Source: Octopus vulgaris (lineage: Eukaryota). Taken from it: a stretch of 64,000 nucleotides of DNA. The DNA is taken from assembly GCA_951406725.2 (NCBI GenBank), contig OX597822.1:54436001-54500000 (forward strand), read 5' to 3'. The notes beneath the pieces are model-generated. The model had not been told where the DNA came from, did no database searches, and worked only from the letters and a program-made list of their open reading frames with translations. This document shows, piece after piece, positions 26,709 to 40,555 of this stretch; positions within the stretch are counted from its first letter, which is position 1, and the number at the start of each line of letters is the position of its first letter. A program made the translations under genes and the position numbers.

Positions 26709-26711
<3 letters not shown>
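26365..26711 (+). mobile_element. TA-anchored short interspersed element, probable PLE tail family
   Basis: Reverse-complement copies at 48440-48750 and 49175-49510; ends CCCATTTTGTA at a TA tract. Confidence 0.7.
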
Positions 26712-26750
<39 letters not shown>

Positions 26751-26911
26751 AAATGAGAAAATGGAGAAACATACCTAAATCAATCATCAACCACCAGATA
26801 ATACCCAATCAATACTTTATTAAACCATTACATAACAGCAATGACATTATACATAATATATTGCAAATATAACTAGACATGGAAATAGAAATAGAAAATA
26901 CAATTACATCA

Positions 26912-27026
26912 TAGCTGACAGCTGTTTCGGCCGTGAAGACAGGTATGTCCCATTTAACCTATTAGCCATATAAAGCAGGTATAAATGAGACATTAACAAG
27001 AATGTCTCACGGCCTCTTCAGATAAT
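26912..27026 (-). ncRNA. Type I hammerhead motif, core intact
   Basis: CUGAAGA-GGCCGUGA...UCACGGCC-GAAA-C-AGCU-G-UC; helix I weak; tail with AATAAA runs to the TA tract at 26711-26748. Confidence 0.75.
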
Positions 27027-27230
27027 TTAATGTAAGTATGAAAAAATTTACATATAAATATAAAAATAAAAAATATAAAAATGTGTGCATAGACACTCAT
27101 AATTCTACACATATATATATACACATTAATACAATATAAACAAAATATATCAGTATACATTAACAAACACAATTATTTTCCATATTGGACTCATAATTCT
27201 CTCTCTCTCTATATATATATATATATACAA

Positions 27231-27527
27231 ACGTGGCTTAATGGTTAGAGTATTAAGCTCACGATCGTAAGGTCGTGAGTTCAATTCCCGGCAATGTGTT
27301 ATGTCCCCGAGCATGACATTTTGTTTCACATTGCTCCAGCCCACTCAGCTGGCAAAAATGAATAGTACCTGCATTTCAAAGGCCAACCTCGTCACATTCT
27401 GTGTCAGGATGAATCTCCCTCAGAACTACGTTAAGGGTATGGGTGTCTGTGGAGTGTTCAAACACTTGCACGTTAATTTCTCGTGCAGGCTGTGCCAGTG
27501 ATTAGATCAACCGACGGAGTCCCAGTT
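27231..27527 (+). mobile_element. SINE family C
   Basis: GTGGCTTAATGGTTAG...GAGTTCAATTCCCGG head; homologous to 57521. Confidence 0.85.
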
Positions 27528-27550
27528 TACCCACACACACTAACACACAA

Positions 27551-27552
<2 letters not shown>

Positions 27553-27581
<29 letters not shown>

Positions 27582-28000
27582 TGTATGTATGTATGTATGT
27601 ATGTATGTATGTATGTATGTATGTATGTATGTATGTATGTATGTATGTATGTATGTATGTATGTATGTATGTGTGTGTGTGTGTGTGTGTTAGTATGTAT
27701 GTATGTATGTATGAATGTATGTATGTATGAATGTATGTATGTATGTGTGTGTGTGTGTGTGTTAGTATGTATGTATGTATGTATGTATGAATGTATGTAT
27801 GTATGTATGTATGTATGTATGTATGAATGTATGTATGAATGTATGTATGTATGAATGTATGTATGTATGTATGTGTGTGTTAGTATGTATGTATGTATGA
27901 ATGTATGTATGTATGTATGTATGTGTGTGTGTGTTAGTATGTATGTATGTATGTATGTATGTATGTATGTATGTATGTATGTATGTATGTATGTATGTAT
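27553..28000. repeat. (TATG)n compound microsatellite
   Basis: Seen directly. Confidence 0.95.
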
Positions 28001-28359
28001 GGGAACTGGCACTCCATTATATTGTATGTGTGTATGTTTGTGAGCGTTTAAATTTAAGAAAATAGACAGATAAGAAGATGAAGCAGAGGAGTTAAGGGGA
28101 AAAAATCTTTAAAGAAAAGACAAAAGAAGAAATGTAAAAGCAAAAAATATATATTTATTTTTCAAAAACAAAGGAGACAGAGAAGAAAAAAGAACTAAAG
28201 GTAGGCAGGGGTGAATAGAATCGTAAAAAAATAACAGGAACGAGAGACACAGAGAGTGAACGAGGGTGTGGAATAGAAACAAAAAAAAAACAAACTAAGA
28301 AACAGAAAAGCGTTGAGGGATGAAGCAAAGCAAAATCATACACTGAAAAAGAGACTACA

Positions 28360-28402
<43 letters not shown>

Positions 28403-29230
28403 AATGATGTAAGGGAAATAACTTCAGTGCGATAGCAGAATGAATTTCGAAAAAAAAAGGAGTTATTTGGGATTTTTTTATTTATTTAGTGAATGCAGTA
28501 CGCAGATGAAAAATCCATAATTAACTTGACATTTTCTTCGTGGTTGGACAAAAAAAATGCAAAAAGCTATTGGAAATTTTTTTCCCGCTTAATCTAGAGG
28601 AAGAGCCGTGCATATGATTCTTTTTCAGTGATCGGTAGTGATTCTCAAATTTGTGTGGCGAGTTAACATAAAGAAGTTAGGAATTAATTTCGCAAAATTT
28701 ATATATACTCTTTGCAGGAAATCTGCTTTTTGTTAATAGACAAAGAGACAGTTTCGATATTAGTGCACCTCGTCAGTGGAGCTTTCTTGAATTACGACGA
28801 TTTCTGGCTAGTGGTAATCGGTATGATTTAAAAAAAAATTACAATAGATGGTACAAGGTTAAAAATGTGAGAAGCCAGTGAGTTAGTTAATTACATTGAA
28901 TCCAGTATTTGAATAATACTTTAATCTACGGACCCCGAAAACGATGAAAGGTAAAATTGATCTGGCAGGATTTGAACTCAGAATAGAAAGTACCGGAGGA
29001 AACGACGTTCTAGCAATTCTGGATTGGTTTGTTACATTGCATCGAACCTGATACTTGAATAATGCTTTTATTTTATGTATTCCGAAAGGATGAAAATCAA
29101 AGTTGCCCTCGGCGGGATTTGAAATCGAAATAGAAAGAAAATAGAAAGAAATACCGATCCAGAAATTCTATCTGTCCACCTGAAGACAAAATAAAGCAAA
29201 CCAAAAGGAACTTAGTCAAGTTACATACAT

Positions 29231-29277
<47 letters not shown>

Positions 29278-29297
29278 TACATACATACATACATACA

Positions 29298-29330
<33 letters not shown>

Positions 29331-29351
29331 GCATATATACATGATGTATAT

Positions 29352-32300
29352 GATGGCCGTCCACACGTGACCGAGGAAGACCATTGCCGACCTTCAGGAA
29401 CATTGTGCGCTCTAGGACTAAATTATATTTTGCATTTGCGGCTCCGTTGGTGGCTAATGAGCCCTGCTCTTGACAAGCATACATAACTGCAAACATTGCA
29501 GACCAAGCTTTCCCCATTCACTATACGAGCCGTGCGCTTTCGCGCAGCTCGCTTAAGTTCTTCATGCTGGATACGTGCTCTCTCAAAAGTGTCGAGCCCC
29601 TCCTTAACCTGCCTCCTCCATCTGTGGCGATGACAGGCATTGTTCTCCCAGTCAGTGTCCTGCATATCACAGGCCTTTAATGAGGACTTGACATAGTCCT
29701 TAAATCGCTGCCTGGTTTCTGTCTGGGTCCCTTTCCACTAACAAGTTCCCCATATAGCATCTGTTTAAGGATCCTGCTCTCCTTCATTCTAATAAGGTGT
29801 CCAGTCCAACGTAACCGGTGCTTGTGCACCATCGCCTCAATACTCACGATATCAGCTGTCCTCAGGACCTGTTTGTCTAGAATTTTTGAGGTCCAGCCAA
29901 CATTGAGAATGTGTCTGAGACATCTTTGATGAAAGCGTTCAAGGACCCTTACCTGGCGTTTGTACAGAGTCCATGTCTCACACGAGTAGAGAAGCGATGT
30001 CAGTACACAAGCACGGTACACAGCAACTTTTGTTCGTCTTGCGATGCCATGTTGGGACCAGGCACGAGACTGAAGAGACCGGAAGAAATTAGTTGCTCTC
30101 TGCAACCTGAAAGATATTTCCTCATCCAGGGAGCAAGAACGGCTGAGTGTGCTGCCCAAGTAGACAAACTTGTCTACTACCTTCAGAATTGTTCCTTCAA
30201 CCAAGATAGCTGGTTCCATATATGGATTTCCTGGTGCAGGCTGAAACATTACAACAGTCTTGTCCAGGCTAATGCTGAGTCCACATGCCCTGCAAGAAGT
30301 AGAAATGCAATTCACGAGTATTTACATGTCATCCACTGTATGAGTGACTAAGTCACAGTCATCTGCATGAAGGAGGTCACAAATAATCGACTGGGGAACC
30401 TTTGAATTGGTAGCAAATCGGCGAAGATTAAAGAGGCAGCCAGAAGATCGATATCTGACATATATTCCCGGAGAGCTAACCTTAGCAAAAGCATGAGTAA
30501 AAGCAGCAGCAAAGTACAAAGAAAAGAGAGTTGGGGCAAGGATATCACCCTGCTTGACACTATTCTCTACAGGAATGGGTCCCGCCATGGCACCACCAAC
30601 ATTGACCCAAGCCTCCATCCCATCATGAAATGATTTAATTATAGATACAAAGTGATACGGACATCCAAGTTTGCTAAGTATTTTCCATAGAAAGGCCCTA
30701 TTTACAGTATCAAAGGCCTTTGTTAAATCAATGAATACCAGGACAAGATCCATATTCTGCTCATAGCACTTCTGCATCTGTCTTGCTGTGAAAATCATAT
30801 CCATTGTCCCTTACCAGATCGGAAGCCACATTGAGATTCAGATAGGACATCATTTACGAGACACCCATTCAGACGAGTAAGAAGAATATTTGCCAGAACC
30901 TTGTCAGCAGCTGATAGTAGAGCAATACCTCTGTAGTTACCACATATTGTTCTGGCTCCTTTTCCTTTATATAGAGGAAGAATAATTGCACCCTTCCAGT
31001 CCTTAGGGATTGCACCATCCCTCCAGACTGCACTAATAATTTCATGAAGGGACTGTGTGATGCAATTACCACCAAATCGCAAGACCTCAGCACAAGTTCC
31101 ATCCTTTCCAGGTGCCCTACCAAGATTCAATTTACTTATTGATGTCATTACTTCATCTATTGAGGGCGAGGAGTCTAAGGAGCCAATGATAGGTCTTTGT
31201 TGCATAGTATCAATCACTGTTTCATCCACAACTGACTCATGGTTTAGGAGTTCAGAGAAGTGTTCGATCCAGCGACCTGTGATTTCTGTTGATTTAGTAA
31301 ATAGAGTGGAAGACTCCTTGGAAATCAAAGGAGCTGATGTGGAGCTCTTAGGTCCATAAGCTCGCTTCATAAGATGGTAAAGCTTCTTGCTGTCATTTGC
31401 ATCAGCAGCAGCCTGAACATTACGAGCAAGATACTCCCACCAAGAGTTCTGCATCTTCCTGAGAGATCGCTGTAGTAGTGATTTTACACTGTTATAGTGG
31501 GCAAGTGCACAGTAGACAGTTCTCTTCGCTGCAGCAACACACTGTGGGCATGGCACTTTACCACTAACAGTCGCTGAATTTCAGCATCATTCTCATCAAA
31601 CCAGTCTCTGTGTCTGGCAGTAACATACCCCAGTGTTTCGGCTGCACATTGAACAACCTGGTCTCGAAAATCTTCCCATGCTGCAGCAGTTTCAATGCTG
31701 GACAAGCGAGTCTGAAGCTCTTTCCTAACCACAACATCATATACCTTGTGGACATTTAGACGGCGAGGAATGTTGACTGGTCCTCTTCTCTCTTTCGCCC
31801 TAATCACCATTCGGAACTTTGCTCGCACCAGACTGTGGTCTGTCCAGCATTCTGATCCATGCAAGGACTTGACATTACAAATGTCATAAATGTCGCGCTT
31901 GCGGATGATGACATAATCCAGCAAGTGCCAAACTTTGGACCTTGGATACATCCATGTTGTTGTGTGATCACCTTTGTGCACAAAATGGGTGCTTGCAATG
32001 TAAAGTCCATGTTCTTCGCAAAGCTCCAGTAGCACGAGACCATTGCTATTCCTTTTCCCTACTCCAAAACGTCCTAGAGAGTTCCATGTTTGCCAGTCTG
32101 TTCCAATCCTAGCATTAAAATCCCCCAGCAGAATGACTTTATCAGAATTGGGGATTTTTCTAAGTATGGCTCTCAGCTTGTTTTATCTTCATTACAGCTA
32201 GTCAAAGTAGGTGCACATAGGCAAACCGCTTACCTTTCAAGTGCAACCGTAGCGTCTTTATACGTTCATTTATAGGAACAGAGAGCTCTTCCAACTTCTT

Positions 32301-32887
32301 AAGGATATCAGATCGGACTGCAAAACCAACACCAGCCTCTATGCGCTCCTCCTTCTGCCTTCCTTTCCATAAAAGGTGTATCCACCTCCTATTTCCTCAA
32401 GCTGACCATCACCTTCTATAAGAGTCTCTGAGAGTGCAGCTATATCAATTTTATAACGGTTCAGCTCACGAACAACAAGTGCAGTGCGTCTCTCAGGCCT
32501 GCAAACACTCTTGTTGTCCAACGGAGTGCGCACATTCCAACATGAAATGTTTAAGTTCCGTCCAGATTTTATAGATAAAAGACTCTTTGTTTTTCGAGCG
32601 CAGGGTGGACATCCGCCAGTCGCGCTAAACTGACCAGATATGGAAAGACAGGCAATTTTTGGTTCACCTTTTCTAGAACCTCTCCGGTCTCCGGGTGAGC
32701 AGTGCTCTCTCCAAATGGAGTTGTTCAGACACCCATGCAGCAACCGAATCCTACCGCTGTCTTGGGCGACATGGAGACGACTTCATATCTAGCATGGGTC
32801 ACCTACGTGCAGGTCGCTGACTACATGCCACCAACCCGTCAGGTCTGCATGCTTCATCACCTTCCCATCGCCGCAGGACTTCCGAAT

Positions 32888-32890
<3 letters not shown>
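29352..32890 (-). mobile_element. Near full-length RTE-clade LINE (APE + RT + C-terminal C2H2), frameshifted
   Basis: APE: CWNVRT, IAALSET, LLGDFNARIG, WTDHSLV. RT: NYRGIALLS, ESQCGFR, FIDLTKAFD, VKQGDILAP, LLHADD, FVYLGS, LRWTGH. C-terminus CNVC...SHQR. Split over several ORFs. Confidence 0.95.
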
Positions 32891-32968
<78 letters not shown>

Positions 32969-33039
32969 TAAAATTAAAATGAAGAAGATATATACTAAAA
33001 ATAAGATAAATATATATAGAGGAAAAAAATGCACGTATC

Positions 33040-33575
33040 GAGCAGAGGTCGGCAATGCCTGTGCAGAGTTTTAGGTCCAATAAGGCTTGCGCAACACCTC
33101 ATAGACTCTCTCCACTTTATTGACATTATCCAGAAACAAGCCGAAGCAAGATGTCTGGTACCATATGAGTAGCAGGCTCAGGGATGTGGGAGTGCCGTAA
33201 TCTCTAGCACAAACCAAAGATCCCCAAAATGTCCAATGCCATTCCCTGCATATCTGGTTTATATCAGAGTGACCTTCTCCTAGAGACATGCTTTAACAAA
33301 CGCTGAGGGGCGCCTCACTCCCAGTGGTTTTTCAGCACGCCGGACACCATCCCGGAATTTCTGCGTACCCGTGCTAACATTTATTGGATGGCCGTTGACT
33401 CTCAAGAGGTCCTCCGCCCTTTGACGGGTTTTGTTTTTCATCCCGCAGGGTGTCCAATAAACAACCTCCTCACCAAGCAAGCTTGGTGGGGGTTGCCGGT
33501 TTAGTCGCCGACGACCCGACCATGCAACAGGTTGTACTGGGTTACATGTTACCAGTAGCACTCGAAGTGACCTTT
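33040..33575 (-). mobile_element. Probable RTE-type 5' UTR fragment, second family
   Basis: GC-rich with CTAGGAGAAGGTCACTCTGATATAAACC; diverged copy at 42920-43035. Confidence 0.4.
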
Positions 33576-33669
33576 CGTCACACTTCAGTTGTCCTTTGCT
33601 TTCTTCTTTCTTCTTTGTCTTTCCTTACTAACGATCAGCCAAATTGGCTGATCGTTTTATATATGTATG

Positions 33670-33732
<63 letters not shown>

Positions 33733-33816
33733 AGAATTCACAAAAAAAAACAAAGGACGAAGACAGGTGTAGACAACAAACAGATGTATTAGTTTAACGC
33801 TCGGGAAGTGAAAAAG

Positions 33817-33886
<70 letters not shown>

Positions 33887-33888
<2 letters not shown>

Positions 33889-34190
33889 CATCAACAATCA
33901 AGGAACGGCCATAATAGGCCATTCACCCACTAGAAATAACAGCCAAAAGCATTAACCGCAAAATAACGTCAATTCCGTAAACCAGGAGAAAATTGAAAAA
34001 CATTTACCCTGTAATTTCTTAGACGATGCACCGTTTCATGAAACGGTGCATCGTCTAAGAAATTACAGGGTAAATGTTTTTCAATTTTCTCCTGGTTTAC
34101 GGAATTGACGTTATTTTGCGGTTAATGCTTTTGGCTGTTATTTCTAGTGGGTGAATGGCCTATTATGGCCGTTCCTTGATTGTTGATGTT
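33887..34190. repeat. 304-bp spacerless palindrome, perfect as read
   Basis: Two 152-bp reverse-complementary arms about TTTCA|TGAAA (34038/34039). Confidence 0.95.
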
Positions 34191-34285
34191 GAACTTAAAA
34201 ATGGTTTATGACTATTTAATTTTTTCCCACTAGGCCGCTGGTGGCAAAAGAATTCTACAAAATTTTTTTTGCCACCCTATATTGA

Positions 34286-34356
<71 letters not shown>

Positions 34357-34358
<2 letters not shown>

Positions 34359-34577
34359 GCAGAAACGTTAGCACGCCGGGCGAAATGCGTAGCCGTATTT
34401 CGTCTGCCGTTACGTTCTGAGTTCAAATTCCGTCGAGGTCGACTTTGCCTTTCATCCTTTCGGGGTCGATAAATTAAGTACCAGTTACGCACTGGGATCG
34501 ATGTAATCGACTTAATCCGTTTGTCTGTCCTTGTTTGTCCCCTCTGTGTTTAGCCCCTTGTGGGTAGTAAAGAAATA
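34357..34577 (+). mobile_element. SINE family B
   Basis: Head, Nin-like core and tail GCCCCTTGTGGGTAGTAAAGAAATA, between TA tracts. Confidence 0.9.
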
Positions 34578-34636
34578 TATATATATATATATATATATAC
34601 ATATTCATGAATTTGTTCTCTTATCTTGTTTGCATC

Positions 34637-34699
<63 letters not shown>

Positions 34700-35351
34700 A
34701 CACATTAACCAGTGAGAACTTTGGCGACAGTTTATCAAGTTTCACGTCATTTTTGCTTTGTGATGCATACATTTAAATACCACGGGAAACGTTTTAGTAA
34801 ACTCTATTTCGTTGAGCGTCATTCTGCTAATTAAAAATAAAACTAGTACAGTGTGATATATTATTTTTATGTTATCATGCATTATAATTGTCATGTTAGT
34901 CATCTTATTCACAGGATATTGTTATTACATTAATCACTGTAGAAATTGCTGGAAACTGATGCTACATATGATAGCAGAGATTTATACGCCATCTGACGTC
35001 AGCCAATAGTAACGATTGTCTGCTGCTAATAAACAACTTGCTTTCTCATCTTCTTTATTAACAGATGTTCAATTAATCAACCAATAGATTATTCTAAATA
35101 GATTCCGATTCAGAAAGTTTGCTATTAAAATATAGACATCGCTCATTCCAGTCCGCTCTGCGTGTGCATCTCACACACAAACATATTTTTGACATCTCAA
35201 CGTCTGCACAGATTGGGTTTCACTGCAGGGTGACGGATGGACTAACAGATGTATGTATGTATGTATGTATGTATGTATGTATGTATGTATGTATGTATGT
35301 ATGTATGTATGTATGTATGTATGTATGTATGTATGTATGCATGTATGTATG

Positions 35352-36111
35352 TGCAGATTTGTATGTTTTGTTTTATGTATGTATTCTAATGCATATAGTT
35401 GCATATCTAGACATGCTCATGTATATTTAAATGATAAACTTCTGAAAAGTTTTACAGATTTTTACAGTTCCAGTGATGGATTGGATCTGTAGTCTTCGAA
35501 TTAGCTTTCTCCTTTCTTGTTTTGAGAAGCCTAATTTCTCAAGATTGGTATTTAGGCAGTGTGTTACATATCCCAGGGCCCCAATAATTACATGTATAAA
35601 CTTGAACTTGTAATCTGGGTAGAGTAAATGTAGATTTCTCAATAGTTCAATGTAGATATTCTCTTTTTCACTGATCTTCAACTTTATGTTAACATCCGCT
35701 GGGCAGTTAATTTCTACAACTGTACACAGTTTCTCTTCTCTATCCCAAATCATTATATCAGGTCTGTTGTGCTTACATTTTATTCAGGTTTTCACTGGTA
35801 CATTCCAGCAGTACTCCTTTTTATTATGAGTGGCTATATCTTCTACCATACTATGGGTTCTTATTTCTTCGTCCTCGGGGTTACCCTTCCGACGGAATTC
35901 ATTATAGAGTGTGCTAGCTACAACATCATGTCTCATAGGTAGATACACTGTGATGACATTTTCGGACAACTGCTTGACATTTTCTGACAAATGCTTATTG
36001 TGTGGGTTGTATTGTCGGTGTCAACTCCATAAATTCTGCATCGCTTTTGTCTGCAACATTTTACTACTTTTCCTGCATCTCTATCCCTTTTGTGCATCAG
36101 GTATTTGGTTG

Positions 36112-36113
<2 letters not shown>
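35352..36113 (-). mobile_element. R4/Dong-like RLE LINE 3' fragment, second family
   Basis: RHDVV, HNRPDIMIWDREEKLCTVVEINCP, VIIGALG; (TATG)n on both sides. Confidence 0.85.
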
Positions 36114-36142
<29 letters not shown>

Positions 36143-36489
36143 TGTATGTATGTATGTATGTATGTATGTATGTATGTATGTATGTATGTACGTACGTATG
36201 TATGTATGTATGTATGCATATACGTTTTTGCTCATTCATCATGTATAATTCTAACGCCCACGCATACCTGTTCTCCCTCTTTCACTCTCTCTCACTCTCT
36301 CTCATATACATACATACATGCATACATACATACATACATACATACACACATACATATATACATATATATACATACATACATATATACATACATACATAAT
36401 ACACACATACATACTTACACACATGCTCATACACATATGAGATACTATAGAGATCCAAATCTTCGTTTAGTGCTTTATTCCAAAGTGGA

Positions 36490-37440
36490 TGACTCTCTTT
36501 GTTATTTGTTATGACATTAACGAACTATTTACAAGCTTATCTGAAAGACATTATATGCGAATAGCGAACTGTTTATACATTCATCGTTACAAAGTCTAAA
36601 AGCTATTTTATTATATAAAAGAAATTTAAAGCCAGCCATTCCCACCGTTCATTTGCTAAATGTAGAAGAATCTGATATCAACAAGGAGATCCTTTTTACT
36701 GCAGTTCAATACAATGATCATCAATGGAATCTTTGTAGAAATCTTAAAGTAATTCCTATCGATAGAGATTTACCAAGCTCTGCTAATTTCTACGGCTGCA
36801 GTTAAGTTGCGCGATTACATAGTAGTATAATAAAAGTGAATGACTAACCAAGTATTCATGTACTGCCGTAAACAATAATACTAAGTCAGTTTCTTTAGTT
36901 GACAGAAAGAAAATGTTTTGACCCTCGCTTGACATTAAGTTTGGTTTAAATGGCGCTATGAACTGGATTTAGGAGTAAAAATATTTCAAGGGAACTTCAA
37001 ATTCTCTTAGAAATATTTCCAAAATTATATATGGCGAAAAACAGTAAGTTTGTGTAGGACTTTAAGTTAGAGTGGTATTAAAAGATAAAACTTTTGATGA
37101 ATCCCTCACAGCGACTGAGATTAAAAGTTTGCCTCGACTTTAAAAATGGGTCTGTTGATATATCTGAGGAAATTGTGGGTCTCCTCCCTTTTCAAAACGG
37201 AGTCGAGTGACTTAATGAAGCTTTCAAAAATATAGGCTGTCACATGTCTTAAAAATTACATTTTCTTTTATTCATTTTCTCACCGAGATTTCTTTATTGC
37301 AAATCATGGGTCAGTCAGAGATTTCACCAAGATATTAATTTAATGGAAGTTAATAGTGAAAGATCATAGAATGAGATCATAATAGCAGATACCTGCTACA
37401 TGTTTTATCGTGATGATGCAAACCAAACTTGCAAACATGT
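36490..37440 (+). mobile_element. Decayed Chapaev3-like (CMC) transposase remnant
   Basis: YNDHQWNLC..LKVI, SLDIKFGL (~PLHIKLGL), GCHMS*KLHF, QRFHQDI; many stops. Confidence 0.6.
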
Positions 37441-37788
37441 CATATATTCGTGCTCATATAGTCATGTATTCATTCGTGTAGCCATATATTTGTGGTATGA
37501 GATTGCTCAGTCTCTTTTCCTCCATGGCTCTCGTTACTTCATTATTAATTTGTTTTAGTTTTAAATATGAGCACACTCCACTGCACTCGGAAAATTGAAT
37601 GAAAAATGGATCCACAAAACATTTTCTACATTTCGGGAAAAAGACACCATGTAATTGTTAGTTATCAAACGATTTAACTGTAATTGTAACCGGTCTTGTT
37701 TGATGTCACTGCAAGAGGTAATATCAGTTTTAAGCAATTCTATAAACAACACAAATTCTTTAGAAAGATTATTTATAGATCCAGACAT

Positions 37789-38145
37789 AACTGCGTGGTA
37801 AGAAGGTTGCTTCATAACTACATTGTTCCGGGTTCAGTTCTACTGCATGACACCTTGGGCGAGTGTCTTCTACAATAGCCTCAGCTCCACCAAAACCTTG
37901 TGATTGGATTTGAAAGACGGTAAGTGAAAGATGCCCGTCGAATATGTATGCGTGCGCGTGTGTGTGCATCAGCGTCTGTTACCACCACCACCGCTTGACA
38001 ACCGGTGTTGGTGTGTTCGGCAAGAGAGAATGAGAGAATAAGTTCTAGGCTTATCAAGAAATATGTACTGGGATGGAATAATTCCCCTAAAAGTTCTTTA
38101 AGGCGGTGCACCAGCATGGCCGCAGACTAATGACTGAACCAAAGA
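37789..38145 (+). mobile_element. SINE family A, decayed
   Basis: Homologous to 22311 across head, body and tail. Confidence 0.8.
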
Positions 38146-38848
38146 AAAAAAGTGCCTTTCTCCTAGACCTTCCAGATATGATTTGACAAGAACTAATAAC
38201 CTCTTTACTATATCTCGAGATGCAAAACGGCTATAATTTATGAAGGAAACTAAATACAATTAATCTTTTGATAAATCTTCTTGTATTTATTTTTATGTAA
38301 TAACAATAATAACAATAATGACAAGAAAAGTTCGGTTTTTAAACTATTGAAAATGTGTTTGAAATTCACCAAGTGGGTCAAGAGTGCTGGAACCGCTAAA
38401 GTCATTATATCCGCGATTTGGTTCAGGTTAGTTGTTGATAATCTTCTGACTCAAGCAGAATCTTGGATTTTTGTTGAATACCTGAAGCTGTAGATCTCAT
38501 TGTTGAAATATATCCACGCAAACATGGATATAGTTCAGCAATGGACAGTGCGCATAAGATCATAAAGGAGCAATGGTAATTTGAAAACATTGTAATACTT
38601 GATTCTACAATATACCCATAACTTAGGAAACAGTAACTTTTGTCTGTAATTATTATAACGTTTTAAGAATACTACTAAAAGAGAAATCTAGACGCGCTTA
38701 CTCTTCAGCTTTACTTGAACCAAAACCTATAAAATTTTCGAATTATAATTAGATTTTGGATCCAACTGCATAGTTAAAAGACCAATATATAAAGATCAAC
38801 GAACAAGCACGGTGAGCAGTATACAATGCAGTCATCTTTAGTTTGCTA

Positions 38849-38888
<40 letters not shown>

Positions 38889-40555
38889 CAGACATACATA
38901 CATACAAACATTACTGGAGAATTATGTAATTGATTTTTGAAGGACCAATGTGCATAGAACAGCTAGCACGGAGCGCAGTCATCGAAATAAATGCAGGGGT
39001 TCCACGAGTTATTCTTTTGCCTACAGCTATTCACTTGCTCACTGATGTGTTTTAAGTAATTACGAGGGTAACTCTGAAAGACGATGGTCTGAACTCGATA
39101 AATTGTTAGCATTCTCTTCTTCACAATAGATTCTACTGTAACGAAAATACATCTAAGGCTTCTACATCTCAGAGATCCGGAAATGTATGGACATATTTGA
39201 ACAGACGATCCTAGGTGGAACGTCTTTTATTAATAAACGTCTTATAACCGCCAACACTTCTTGATGTATCAGAATCTTGTAGTTTCCTTCTTCCATTCAA
39301 TTCTCTTTTATATGTTGTTAATAACTTTTACCTCAATGCTTTATGCTAAAAATTAGCCTGTGGCAAATTTGAATTGATGGACTTTTTCTTTATAAATCCT
39401 GATTCTGTTTAAAATAAAATCTAAAATACACAGCTCTCAATGCTTCAGCCATTATATGAATGTATCAAAATATAACATTATTATTTAAACAGCTACGGAA
39501 CACAAGCTGATGTTCTCTCCTGGAACATAACACTAATATAATGTAAATTTGATTTTATAATCTAACGGTGAAAATATGACTTGTAACAATTTAAACATAT
39601 TATTTGTTCTATAGTTTTGATTAATGGCATAGAAGCTGTACACAATAAAATGCTTCTTAGCCAGTTCTATATTTATGAATATCCGTCATAAGTAAATAAC
39701 GTAAATAATGTGTTTCTTAGCCGTTTAAAAAACCCGATCTGATTTAATGTGAATGGTTAGCATTACGGTGTCTGAAATGTATTAATATAATTAATTAATT
39801 CGTTTAACCAGCCATATTTATGAGAAAACAGTAATAGTTGCACCCAATTATTATTGTAATAGTTACACCCAGTCATTATTGTACGAGTTCAATGTTTCGA
39901 AATAGAGAAAGAGAAGGGCAAACTTAGAATTCAACAAACGTCAAGTAAATCTTCCCCTTTGCACTTGCCATTATAATTTGTTTTATTTAAAGTGATAAGT
40001 ATTCTGAGTATTGGATCAACCATAAATTACCAGTTGTTCATAAAATACAGGATTTTACGAGACTAAAAAGAACACGTGCAGGACCACAGAATAGTTACCG
40101 TCTACCCAGTTACTCGAGCGCCCTTCAAAATGAGGGCCATATAAGATATGTTACGCTTTTTACTAAGTTAACCCGAACATGTTGATTAAGCTAAAATTCG
40201 GTATTAATTATTATCTTTTTTTCGTTTGTGTTTTATATTGTGAATGAAATGCAATGTATTTACGCTGGTTTAAACATTTTTTTAAAAAACCTCCAAAGAA
40301 TATTCAGCGATGAATTTATCTAGCAGGTAAAACGAGCATGACGACGAATTCACAAGCAATATATCGGCTCACGATTTAATTTACATTGCAATAAAATTAC
40401 CAGGCGATATATTTACTGCCCTTGATTAAACGAACGTAGAGGCGCTTAGCTTAGGGGCTAGGGTGTTGCACTCATGAGATTGTGGTTCCTGAATCGAGTG
40501 ATGTGTTGTGTTCTCGAGCAAAACACTTCATTTCGTGTTGCTCCAATTATACATA

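Noticed and set aside
29855-30090. CUGAnGA matches inside the RTE (also 29180, 37164, 41944, 46654)
   Set aside because: No matching stems or GAAA; chance heptamers
32640-32890. HDV-like ribozyme at the RTE 5' end
   Set aside because: Could not build the nested double pseudoknot by eye; needs a descriptor search
38655-38712. CUGAAGA...AAAACGUU motif (a similar one lies at 58725-58757)
   Set aside because: Too degenerate to call; may be dead HHRs
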